From: Chiloscyllium plagiosum
Taxonomy: Eukaryota
Assembly: GCF_004010195.1 (NCBI RefSeq)
Contig: NC_057719.1
Coordinates: forward strand, 81,333,132-81,397,131
Length of the DNA stretch: 64,000 nt
Direction: 5' to 3'
Shown: one piece after another, positions 39,589 to 51,915 of the stretch
Position numbering within the stretch: the first letter of the stretch is position 1
Layout: each line of letters begins with the position of its first letter
Notes under the pieces: model-generated
What the model was told of the DNA's origin: nothing
What the model saw: only the letters and a program-made list of their open reading frames with translations
The model's database searches: none
Position numbers and translations under genes: made by a program

Positions 39589-39880
39589 GGGGGGCCATCG
39601 TGGCTCAATTGGTAATACAGGTGCCTCACAGCGTGATGTACCCGGGTTCAATTTCCAGCATTGGGTGACCGCATGAGTTTGCACATTCTCCCAGTGCCTG
39701 CATGGGTTTCTACTGGGTGCTTTGGTTTCCTCCTGCAGTCCAAAAATGCACAGATTAGATAGATTAGCCATGGTAAATGTGGGGTTACAGGAATGGGGTA
39801 GTGGACTGGGTCTGGGTGGGATGCTCTTCACGAGGTTTGGTGCAGATTTGATGGGCTAAATGACCTATTGTGTTTCTAAT
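39589..39880 (+). mobile_element. HE1-like V-SINE (diverged)
   Basis: tRNA-like head, B-box gggttcaattt and V-core. Confidence 0.8.
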
Positions 39881-40282
39881 AGACGTCTATTTTAGCACTC
39901 AGAATTGGACAGGGTTCCCAAGTAGATTCTTAAAGTGGTCGCACCAAAAATATATTATCCAATGGCGACTTCCACGTTTCCAGCCTGACCTGAAACAGAT
40001 ATCATGATCACAAACTATCCAGCAAAATCTAATCTAGTACGTCCACTTACCAGTTGGCATAGGAAGGCAAGACACAGCAAGGACGAATATATCGAGTGCT
40101 CAATGTTGGGAGAATCGATGTAGGGCAGTTGAAGGTAGGTGGTTATGGGATGCAACCCGCACAAATAGGTCAGGAGTTAGACATAGAAGTTGGAGGAAGA
40201 AAACACTAGTGTTGACTTGGTTGGCTAAAATAACATGTCACTTGATGCAGGTTTGCTCGCTGAGCTGGATGGCTCATTTCCA

Positions 40283-40316
40283 GACGTTTCATCACCCTAC
40301 TAGGTAATATCTTCAG
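40283..40316 (-). ncRNA. Minimal hammerhead ribozyme motif (intact core)
   Basis: ccg-CTGAAGA-T-ATTACC-tagtag-GGTGAT-GAAAC-GTC-tgg. Confidence 0.75.
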
Positions 40317-40704
40317 CGGGCCTCTGGGCGAAGCACTGTTGATAATTCCTGCTTTTTATGTTTGGGTTATTTGGATTGGTGATGACATTTCCTGTGGCGA
40401 TGTCATTTCCTGTCCCTTTTTTCAGGGGGTGGTAGATGGAGTCTAACTCGATGTGTTTGTTGATAGAGTTTGGGTTGGAATGCCATGCTTCTAGGAATTC
40501 TCGCGCATGTCTCTGTTCTAGGATGAATGTGTTTACCCAGTCGAAGCGGTGTCCTTCCTCATCTGTATGTAAGGATACTAGTGAGAGAGGGTCACGTCGT
40601 TTTGTGGTTAGTCGATATCACCACAGGAAATGACATCACCAACCCTAAGAAACCCAAATATATAAATAGAAAGCAGGAATCAACAGTGCTTCGCACAGAG
40701 GCCA

Positions 40705-40738
40705 CTGAAGATGTTACCTAGTAGGGTGATGAAACGTC
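40705..40738 (+). ncRNA. Minimal hammerhead ribozyme motif (intact core)
   Basis: cca-CTGAAGA-T-GTTACC-tagtag-GGTGAT-GAAAC-GTC-tgg. Confidence 0.78.
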
Positions 40739-41784
40739 TGGAAGTGAACATTCCAGCTCAGCAAGCAAACCTACATCCAGAACCTCCACTTGAGCTACAA
40801 ATCTTCTCAAAACTCGCTAATAACATGTCACTGTTGTTAAGTCCCATAACATGGTGGCTTCATCCACTGCAAAGTACATAAGATGGAGCATGGTATAGCC
40901 CAGAGACTCCGAAGATCGTGCAATAACTTGTCATGGATAAGTCACAAATTTTCATACAGTAATGTTTTGCTCCTATCACAGTTATCAAATGGGGTGTGAG
41001 TCTGAGCTCTGTCCACAGGTTGCTTACCTCTTGCCTCACCAACATTGAGGTTTATCCGGATGCCTTTTAAGTAACAAGATAATATCTAATGCACGAGCAC
41101 AAAACGGTGAACTTTAAAACTAAGTAACTGAGCAAAGGTTAAGAACATAAAGAATCCTTTGTGAACCAAGTAAACTATTGTTCTTATGATCATGTGGCTT
41201 TGCTAAATTAAATACAGTACTGCATTGTACATGTAGAATTCTGTGAAAGGTAGTCAATGCTCCACTTATACTGCTGAAAGGGTTTAGACATGCAAGCGTG
41301 GATAACAAACATTCAGATAATGATTTGATTGTGGAAATGACAATATTTAGCAGATACTTGAACAGTACACCCACAGCTTTAACAAGAAGAGAAGCCAGTG
41401 CAGAGTGGCAATTATTACAATATTAATGTCCACACTAATAACATGATGTTTGGTCTACATCTACACTTCAGTATGTTGTCAGACAGTGTATTTAACCCAT
41501 TACTCAGTACAGATCAGAGCTTTTACCTGATCAAATATTCTAAAACATTCAAAAATACCAACTGATCAGCTCACAGAAACGATACAGCTACTAACACTAG
41601 AGTCAGCAGGTCGTGGATTCAAACCCTGACAGAGACATAAGCCAATAATCCAGAGGTACCATCTTTCACAGACTGGTCTCCCTTCCTAGCTTGATGCAAA
41701 ATATCCCCATTGCACTTTCTAAAGGAAAGAAGGGCAATATTTATCTGTCAATCAACATTAATAAAATTATAAATTATGTTATTG

Positions 41785-43745
41785 TCACGAAGGTCTTTGA
41801 GAGGCCTAATGAGACACTCCACACACAAAAGGGGGTTATTTGGCACTCTGCCACAAACAGCAGCAAATGCTGGATCAATTGTTAATGCTAAACTGGAAAT
41901 AATTTTTTTTTTGTCAAGCAAAAGAAAGATTTGGGCCAAACACATATATGGAGTTAAGCCACAGATCAGCCATGATCTCAGTGAATGGCAGAATAGGGTC
42001 AAGGGGCTAAATGGCCTACTCCTGTCCTTATGTTCCTAGTTACTGTTATGCCTCACTTGGGTAGCACACTGAAAATCAAGCCCTGCTATTCACAGTCATC
42101 ACAAAAAATAACGATTCCATACAAGTACGCAAAATTCTTCAATTTATTGGTCAATTAGAACAGGGTTGGCAGAAAGCACAAATTTGATTTCTCTACATCA
42201 CAAGAATCATTAGGAAATCGACTCTAGCCACTGGTAAACAATTAAGAATGCTCCTAGGAGTTCATATAACATCCCAGAAATAGTTGTAAATCAGAAAATG
42301 AAAAAGGAGGAACTCAAGAAAATTAAAACTGAAAAATGGTGTAAGTGAACTGTTGGAGTCCTCAAAGTCCTAATGAACTTCATCTTAAGGTCTTAAAAAA
42401 GTGGCTCGTGAAATAGCCAATACATTCTTCATAATTTTTCAAAATTCACTAGATTCAAGGAAGGACTGAATAGTGAATGCAATTACTTTATTCAAGAAGT
42501 GAGGGTGACAGAAAGCAGGAAACTACACAGATTATTGAGCATAATACTTGCCATAAGGAAAACGTTAGAAGCTACTGTTAAAGATGTCATTAGCATGGCA
42601 CCTCAAAAGGTTAAAAGCAATTGGGCAAATTCGACATGGTTTTGTAAAACACAATGCATGTATACCATTGTAAATTAATTTATTGCTGTTCTTTGAGGGT
42701 GAACATATGTTGCAGATCAATGGGAACTGGTGGATGCACTGGATTTAGATTTCCAATAGGCATTTGATAAGGTTTATTGTAAAAACTAAGAGCTCAAGGT
42801 GTAAGAAGTAACATTTGACACAGGTAAGAAATTGGCTAGTAAACAGGAAACACAGTAGACATAAATGAGTCACCTTCTAGTTGGCAAGATGTAACAAGTG
42901 GCATGTCCTCAATTTATTACAATTCAAATAAATGACCAAAGATATGATTTTAACTTTGCTGATGACAAAAAGTCAGGTAAGTAGGTTGTGAAAAGGACAT
43001 CTATGCGGCAACAAAGAGACAGATAGGTTAAGCGATAAGGCAAATATCGGGTAAGTGAAACATAATGTGGTAAAATGTAAAATTGTCGATTTTGACAGGA
43101 AAGAATTATTGAATTAGTGAGAAATCGCAGAGCTGGGAGATGCCAAGGGATTTGGGCCGTCCTCTTACACAAATTGCAAGTCATTAGAAAAGCTAAAAGA
43201 ATGCTATCGTCTGTTGTAAATGAAACTGAACACAAAACTGGGAGCACTGCATATAGTAATGGTGTTCGTATTGAAAGAAGGTTGAGTTCAGAGAAAGTTT
43301 ACTCAATTAATACCAGGAATTAGCAGGTTGTCATTTGAAGTAAGGTTAGACAGACTAGGCTTGTAAACACAAGCTTGGATAAATAAGCGCATTTTTGGTT
43401 AAAAAGACACATGGTACTGAGGGATCACAGCAGGGTACGTGTGAAAAAGATCTTTCCACTTGTGGCAAAATTGTGAACTAGGGGGTCACAGTTTCAATGT
43501 ACGTAATTGCCCGTTAAGACAGAGGTGAGAATTATTTACTTAGAAGGGCCGGTCAAGTACCTTCGGAGCTTGCTTCATCAAAAAGCCAAGGAAACAGTCT
43601 TTTGAATATTTTTAAAGCAGAGTTAGATTCATGATAGACAAGGGATACATGGGGGAGGGGGGTTAGGTGGAAATTTAGATCAGCCATGATCTTATCTAAT
43701 TGCAGAGCAGGTAAGTGGACAGATTGGAATACTGCTGCTCCTAAT
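41785..43745 (+). mobile_element. Decayed CR1 fragments (tail 41785-42040; RT to tail 42200-43745)
   Basis: LDFQ.AFDK and NFADD remnants; CR1 tails. Confidence 0.65.
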
Positions 43746-44605
43746 TTGTGTGTACACAAGTTGAAACATGACTCCATGACCTCAATGTTCTTCTTCCCGG
43801 CATACTTTGGTAAGATTACCCTTCCTGCAGCTGTGGAGAGACCTCTCCATTCACAAATAGGCAATTTTGTGCCCAACATTTGCTTGAGCATTCGTAATAG
43901 GACTTTGTAACTGCCTTCAATAAGGCCTTGGCTTATTCAGCCATAGCTTATCTAGTTCAGCAGATGAGCTGTTGTTAATTCTGACCTCTTTTGGAGTCAC
44001 ATTCCACTGCAACCATGGACAATGCCATGTAACAAAGTCTTTGGCCTATGTTTCTAATATCAGCAAAATGTACACACTTTTTAAAACCATGCACAACTCT
44101 GTCCTTTAAAAACCCCTTTTCAAATTCTCCAAAATTACAAAGGATTGTCAACATCTTCAAAGGCACAATGAATTCTCCAATGTCCTCGCTCTAATTGATC
44201 TCTTTTTCCAAACTGACAGCTTTCTACAATCTCCAATTGCTTGGGACTTTAATGTCCAACAGCGGCATATACTTTGATTTAGTGGGGTCAAGCAAATTCT
44301 TGAGTGTTTCACATATTCATGTCAGCAACGTCACCAATTTCATTTCCCCAAAGCCTGATTAACAATCTTATCAGGAATATCCAGAATATTTTTAGTAACA
44401 AAAAAATTCCTAACTAACTTCATATCCACATTGAAAGACATGCGATCAAAACTACACTCTCAGTGCCCAAGTAGTATCTGTTGATGTAGCCATTGACCAT
44501 TTGATAACACAAATACAAACAGCTTTTAAAAGCTCTTCATGCAAAAATATTTCTCAAAAAAAAAATGAATTTCAATGCACATTTGTTTGGCTATAGACAT
44601 CAACA

Positions 44606-44766
44606 GCTGAAAATGTGTTGCTGGAAAAGCGCAGCAGGTCAGGCAGCATCCAAGGAACAGGAGAATCAACGTTTCGGGCATAAGCCCTTCCTCAGGAATG
44701 AAGAACACATTTTCCAGCAACACATTTTCAGCTCTGATCTCCAGCATCTGCAGTCCTCACTTTCTC
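44606..44766. mobile_element. 161-bp mini-PLE (family B): inverted pLTR piece + tail
   Basis: 15-bp TSD ctatagacatcaaca (44591-44605 / 44767-44781). Confidence 0.88.
44668..44695 (-). ncRNA. Minimal hammerhead ribozyme motif (intact core)
   Basis: tc-CTGAGGA-A-GGGC-ttat-GCCC-GAAAC-GTT-ga. Confidence 0.72.
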
Positions 44767-47680
44767 CTATAGACATCAACACCCAACTTAATCACCAAAT
44801 GTAATATTTGCAGGACAAACTAAAACAATGTGCAGCACACAGAACATGCACTGCACAGTCTTCTGTTCCAGTACACCTTCTGATATCCTACCATCAACCC
44901 TGTATTCCCTGGTCGTTTGTCCTGTTGGAAACTTTCCAATTAAAAAGGAAGATAATTAATTTGTTTTGAGGTTGCTGAAGCTTTTCAGATCAAACTCATC
45001 ACCTCTCTTCAGACCTCACAGTAAGTATTTTTAGGCAATCTGCCCTATAGGGCATCAAAACCTCTACTAATACACACGTCCATCATATTAAAAGCACTAC
45101 CCTGATCAATGCTGTTTGTCAAAACATTAAAAATTAGTTGATATGATCTTCCATGCTTTAGTGCCCACGAAATGAACTTGATTTCACGGAGCTCTCTTCC
45201 ATACTAACCGTGTGACCAATTCTTGAATCATCTAGAGCGTCCTTTTCTACAACCTCCATATTACATAGTCATAGTCAAAACTGAACAGCACGGAAACAGA
45301 CTCTTCTGTCAAACTCATCCATGCTGACCAGATATCCTAGATAAAACTAGTCCCATTTGGCAGCACTTGACCCATATCCCTCTAAACTCTGCCTATTCAT
45401 TTACTCATCCAGATACCTTTTAAGTGTTGTAATTGCACCAACCTCCATGACTTGCTCGAGCAGGTAGTTCCATACACGCACCACCTTAGATCCCTTTCAA
45501 ATCTTTTTTCACTCACCTTAAACCTATGCCCTCTAGTTTTGGACTCCTCCATCCCAGGAAAAAGATCTTGGCTATTCACCTTATCCATGCCCTTCATGGT
45601 TTTATAAACCTCTAAGGTCACCCCTCAGCCTTTTACTCTCCAGGAAAAATAACCCAAGCCTATTCAATCTCTCCCTATACCTCAAACTGTCAAAACTTGG
45701 CAACAATCCTGTAAATCTTCTCTGAACCCTTTCAAGTTTCGCAACATCTTCCTATAGGAGGGAGACCAGAATTGCATGCAGTATTCCAGAATTATCTAAA
45801 CCAATGTCCTGTCCAGCCGCAACATGACCTCCAAACTCTTATATTCAATGCTCTCACCAATAAAGGCAAGCAATCCAAAAGCCTGCTTCACTATGCTATC
45901 TACCAGAGACTCCACTCACAAGGAACTGTGAAACTGCACTCCAAGGTCTCTTTATTCAGCAACATTCCCCAGGAGCTTACAATTAAGTACCCTAATTTGC
46001 CTTGCCAAAATGCAGCACCTCACATTGGCTCATCTGATCAAGATCCCATTGTACTCTGAGGTAACCTTCTTCACTGTACACTACACCTCTAATTTTGGTG
46101 TCATCTGCAAACTTACTAACCATACCTCCAATGTTTACATCCAAATCATTTATATAAAATGACAAAAAGCAGTGCACCCAGCACTGATCCTTAGGGCATT
46201 GCTGGTCACAGGTCTCCAGTCTGAAAAGCAACCCTCCACCACCACCACCCTCTCTCTTCTACTTTCGAGCTCGTTCTGTTTCCAAATAGCTCGTTCTCTC
46301 TATATTCTAAGAGATCTAATTTTGCTAACCAGTCTACCATGAGGAAACTTGTCGAATGTCTTAGTGAAGATCACAGTCCAACGCTCTGCCTTCAATCCTC
46401 TTTGGTATTCTTCAAAAAAATTCAAGTTTGAGAGACATGATTTCACAAGCATAAAGCCATGTTGATACCCCTAATCAGTCCTTGCCTATCCAAATGCATG
46501 TACATCCTGTCCTGCTGATGTCAGGCTGACTAGTCAATAGTTGCCTGGCTTTTCCTTACCACCTTTCTTAAATAGTGGCACCACGTTAGCCAACATCCAG
46601 TCTTGTGGCATCTCACCTGTGGCTATAAATGATACAAATACCTCATCAAGGAGGTCTGCAATCACTTCCCTAGCTTCCCACAGAGTTCTAGTTTACACCT
46701 GATCAGGTCTTGAGGATTTATCCACTTTTATGAGCTTTACGACCTGCAGCACCACCTCCTCTGTAATATGGACATTTTTCAAGATGTTACCATCTAATTC
46801 CCTACATTCTATATGTTCCATGACCTTCTCCACAGTAAGCTCCGATGCAAAATACTTGTTTAGTATCTCCTACAGTTCCACACATAGGCTGCCTTGCTGA
46901 TCTTTGAGGGTTCCTATTCTCTCCCTAGTTACCCTTTAGTCCTTCACATATTTATAAAATCCTTCTGGATTCTCCTTAACTATTTGCCAAAGCTATCCCA
47001 CGTCCCCTTTTTGACCTCCTGATTTCCCTGTAAAATATAGTCCTACTGCCTTACTACCCTTCTAAGGATTCACCCAATCTCTGCTGTCTACACCGAACAC
47101 ATGCTTCCATCTCATTCTTAATAAAAACCTCAATTTCTCTAATCATCCAGCATTCCCTACACATATCAGCCTTGCCTTTCACCCTAACAAGAATAAACTG
47201 TCCCTGGACTCTCATTACCTCATTTTTGAAGGTTTCTCATTTTCCAGCCATCTGTTTACCTGCGAACATCTACTTCCCCAAGCAACTTTTGAAAGCTCTT
47301 GCCTAATACCATCAAAATCAGCCTTCCTCAATTCAGAACTTCAGATTTTAGATCCAGTCTATCCTTTTCCATCACTATTTTAAACTAATAGAATTATGGT
47401 TGCTGGGCCCAAAGTGCTCCCCTACTGACACCTTAGTCACCTGCCCTGCCTTATTTCCCAAGAGTAGGTCAAGTTTTGCACCTTCTCTAGTAGGTACATC
47501 CACATATTGAATCAAAAAATTTTCTTTTGTACACTTAAATTCCTCTTCATTTAAGCCCATAACTATGGCAGTCCCAGGTTGTGTTTGCAAAGTTAAAATC
47601 TGCTACCAATACCATCCTATTACTCTAACAGATGACTGAAATCTCCTTACAAATTTGTTTCTCAATTTCCTGCTGACTAT

Positions 47681-47734
47681 TGTGCGTAGGTGTGTGCGCG
47701 CGTGTGTGCACGTGCACGTGCGTGTGCGTGCGTA
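47681..47734. repeat. Alternating purine-pyrimidine (TG/CG) tract
   Basis: tgtgcgtaggtgtgtgcgcgcgtgtgtgcacgtgcacgtgcgtgtgcgtgcgta. Confidence 0.85.
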
Positions 47735-47837
47735 TTTTTTAAACAGTACAATCCCAATAAGGTAATCATCCCTTTATTTTATCAATTCCATCCAAATACC
47801 GTCCCTGGATATGTTCCCAGGAGTACCCTAAGTAAAT

Positions 47838-48143
47838 GGGCGGCATGGTGGCACAGTGGTTAGCATTGCTGCCTCACAGCGCCAGAGACCTAGGTTCAAT
47901 TTCCGCCTCAGGCAACTGTGCACATTCTCCCAGTGTACACGTGGGTTTCCCCCAGGTGCTCCGGTTTCCTCCCACAGTCCAAAAATGTGCAGGTTAGGTG
48001 AATTGGCCATGGTAAATTGTCCATAGTGTTAGGTGAAGGGGTAAATGCAGGAGAATGGGTCTGGGTGGGTTGCTCTTCGGAGGTTCGGTGTGGACATGTT
48101 AGGCTGAAGGGCCTGTTTCTACACTGAGTAATCTAATCTAATC
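47838..48143 (+). mobile_element. HE1-like V-SINE inserted in CR1
   Basis: gggcggcatggtggcacagtggttagc head, V-core, (taatc)n end. Confidence 0.9.
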
Positions 48144-49074
48144 AAACCCATAACGTTATCAGTTACCAAAAACGCAACTCTCTCTCCTCTCTTGTATCTT
48201 GGAACATTACGCCGCCAGTCCTGTTCATCCATGAGCCATGTCTCTGTAATTGCTATGATACCCCAGTCCCATGCTCCTAACAGTGTCCTGGTTCATCTGC
48301 CTTCCCTGTTATGCTTCCTGCATTGAAACAAGTGCAGTTTGATGGCAATCTAGCAGTGGTGTCTTCGACATCATATCCTACAGAAAAGCAGAGAATCACT
48401 GTCAGGAACTTATGGATTTCAGCATTTAAACTACTTTCTTCAATTCTTTATGTGACACAGACATCACTGAAATTACCAACAGTTATCATTCAACCCTTAT
48501 TTGTCTGCTGTTTTTCTTATAGGTGATGGGAATTGAAGGTGCTACCAAAGAATCCTTGCAAAATTGCTGCATTACATCTTGTAGAGGGTACTAGTCACCA
48601 TCTTGTAGAGGGTACTAGCCACGATGCACGAGAGAAGTGAACATTTAAAGGTGGTGAAAGAGGAATCAATCAAACAAGTTGTTTTGTCTTTGATGACAGA
48701 TTTCTTGAATAATATTAGAGGCACAGGTTTGAGTAGTTAAATGCCTAGTTGCTAGCCATAGAAATTTCCAGTTTCTAACCCATTCCTCCAAACAGCACTC
48801 ATTTGTCTGATCCACCTTTCTTACTGGTCAATGGTAACTCAAAGGACATTGACAGTGAGGTATTCGACTATGGTAGTCCCCCTGAACATCAGGAAGAGAT
48901 GCTTTGAAGTTGCTGGCAGTTTTAGAGAAGTAACGACAAAATACTGATCGTTTCACTTTCATTACCAGTACAAAATGTGACATTCCCAGTGCAGTACTGA
49001 GTGAATATTATATAGCCACAGGAGCTGTGCTTTGTTTGAGATGTTAATGCTTTTAAGCTGGATCACAGAACCTC

Positions 49075-50830
49075 AAATCTTTGCAGCAGGAAGCTATTCA
49101 GCCAATCATGTCTGTACTAAGTCTAAGTGAACATCATTACCTACTGCAAATTTCTTGCTTTATCCCCATACCTTTACACATTATTTTTTATCTAAATAAT
49201 CACTCCATACCTGCTGAATGTCTCAATTGATTCTGCCTTTAATATACTTCCAGGCAGGGCATTCAAGACCCCAACTAGTCATTTGTGAAAACTGTTTTTC
49301 TTTTTCTTCCTCATCACTTTTAATCTGTACCCTATGGGTCTTGATTCCTTGATGAGTGGGAACAATTTCTCACTCCTTATCTATTTTATTCAGCCCAGTC
49401 ATGATTGTGATTCTCTCTCTCTCTCAGATCTCCTTTTAGCTATCTTCTCTGCGGAAAAAAAAGTCCCAACTCCTTCTAATTGTCCTCTAACTGAAATTTC
49501 TCATCCCTGGTACTGTCGCCCCATTTCCCCCCCTCAGTCAAAGCAAAATGTTCTGAGGCACAGTATAGTTTTACATGCATCTTTATTCCGGGCCCTGGAG
49601 GGAGACAGAACAATCGCTTCTGTGCACAGAGACATGAGTTCTCGGTCTTCTCTCGAACAGCAGTTTCTTAGTGAATTATATAGCCACTTTACAGGGAGGA
49701 GCATCCAGATACGGCAACATACATATTGAGGGGGTGACAACAGGGATGAAGCCATCTGGCATTATACAATGCATAACTGGCTTCACAATTAATACTTTTC
49801 ACCTTGTTAACTGACTTTACATACTGAATGCATCCTCATCTTGTTAAATGACTCTACATCATGAATGCTTTTCTACCTTGTTAACCCATTACCCTTGCCT
49901 CCAGCATCCCATTGTTAACTGCAAGTTCTTATCTGATCTGAGTCATGCTCAGTTGAACCTCGTTTCACAAAACTCAAAACTTAACTCTTTCCCTACCTGC
50001 CCATACCCTATACACATTCTCAGTACCATTCTGATGAATCTCTTCAAAAACCTCACCAATGCATTCACATTCTTTCTCTAACTGTACACAATACTCCAGC
50101 TGAGATCTAAGATGTGTCTTATACAAGTTTAAGATCACTTCCCTGTTTGTATACTCTGTGCTCCTATTATTTATTATTAATTTTATTAATTGCTCTTAAC
50201 CTGTCCTGCCACACATATACAACTCGGTCCCTCTGCTTCTGAGCTCCCTTTAGAATTGTACCTTCCTATCAACTTGCATCACTTCACACTTCCCTACATT
50301 AAACCTCATTGTTGTTTACTTGTCCATTCACTCAACCAACTTATGCATTTTCTTTTGTGTTTCTACACTGCCCTCCTCAAAGCTTGCAATTCTTTCAAGT
50401 TTTGGGTCATCTGCAAACTTTGAAATCGTTTGCTACACACCAAGATTTTCATCATTAGGGTACACATTAGGAAAACCAAAGGTCCCAATATCAACTCCTG
50501 GGAAACTCCACCACAAACCTTCCTTCAGCCAGTAAAATATCTACTGACCACCAAACTCTGGCTAAATAACAGGAAACAAGTTTATGTGCACGTTGACATT
50601 GTCTTTCTATACCATGACCTATAACTTTCCTCAAGTTTGTCATGTGGCACCAAAATCTAGTGTCTTTCTGAAATCCACATAGACCATCAACAGCGCTACT
50701 CTCAATGAGCCTCTGTTACATCAGAAGTTCCAGCAAGTCAGAAAACACCATTTCCCCTTTAAAAAATTCATGCTGACCCATGCTAATCAACCAACCTGCT
50801 CCCACGTAGCTACTAATCCTATCCCAAAGA
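49075..50830 (-). mobile_element. Decayed CR1 interrupted by a solo LTR
   Basis: KFADD, GVSQE and DFRK remnants on the minus strand. Confidence 0.65.
49514..50022 (-). mobile_element. Solo LTR (509 bp)
   Basis: TG...CA termini; perfect 4-bp TSD gtac (49510-49513 / 50023-50026); TATATAA (~49676-49682) upstream of AATAAA (~49582-49587) on minus; homologous to 3691-4108. Confidence 0.88.
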
Positions 50831-51224
50831 AAGCTTCCCCACACTAAAGTTAAACAAAGGATGCCATAGTATTCCATTGCACTAGTGCAAAGATAAGCAG
50901 AGGAATTCTCTCCACTATCCTGGTCAATACTTATCCCTAAACCCACTAAAGCAGATTATTTTATCATTATAAACAGCCACACAATACTGGAGAAACTCAG
51001 CAGTTTGTTTCTCTTTGCACAGATACTATCAGAGTTAAAGTTGAGCTCAGTATAACTTATCACAAGTACTGAAAAGGGTTGGAAAATGGTTATTTATATT
51101 CTTTTGACAAAAGTGGAGGAGAAGCGAGGGATGAGAAATAAGGATGCAACATGGAAGTACATTAAAAAGGTGTGAAAGGGAGGAAATGGGTCCTCTTCAC
51201 CCAGAATTAAGTAAACAAGGCACA

Positions 51225-51915
51225 GCAATAGAAGGTGGAGTGTGGGATGATTACACGATACTTAGCATCACTCCTCAGATAATGGGACAGTCCATGTTCA
51301 AATGCAACAAGACCTGGACAATACCTAGGTTGGGGTTGACAAATAGCAAGTGAAATTTGCGATGCACAATGCCACGCAATAACTATATCCAAGAGTACAG
51401 AATATAACCATTGCCCTTTAAACTCCAAAGGCATTAGCACCATTGAATCCCTAGCTATCAGCTTTCTGGGTGGGTTTGCATTGACACAACTGAACTGGAT
51501 TGGCCATAATAAATACTGCAGCTACAATAGCAGATGAGGGGCTAGGAAGCCTACAGTGTGCAACTCACCTCCTGATCCCAGATCCTGTCTCTCATCTAGT
51601 ATGCACAATTCAGACGTGTAACACTCCCCACTTACCTGAATGACTGCAGCGCCTTAGTTATCCAGAAGCTGGAAAGCGTCCAGAACAAAGTAACACACTG
51701 GATTTGCATCACATCCACAAACATTCACTCTTTCTAACGTCAATGCTCAGTAACAAGTAGTGACTACCACCCACAAGATGCACTGCAGAAATTCAGTAAG
51801 ACTCTTTGGACAGCATCTGCCAAACCCATGACTACTATCATCTAGAAGGACAAAGTGGTAAGTATATGGGAACACCACAACCTGCAAGTTCCCTCCTAAG
51901 CCACTTGCCATGCAG
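51225..51915 (+). mobile_element. CR1/L2-group LINE fragment
   Basis: Similar to 10120-10770. Confidence 0.65.

Larger units (their letters stand above)
40243..40818. mobile_element. PLE family A inverted pLTR pair (non-coding)
   Basis: Perfect 14-bp TSD aataacatgtcact (40229-40242 / 40819-40832); minus arm to ~40610, plus arm ending in tail atcttctcaaaactcgc. Confidence 0.92.
45265..48340 (-). mobile_element. Long CR1 ORF2 pseudogene (endonuclease to tail)
   Basis: ORFs with QYVDVPTREGAKLDLLLGN and [22 protein letters not shown]1 tail at 45265. Confidence 0.92.
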
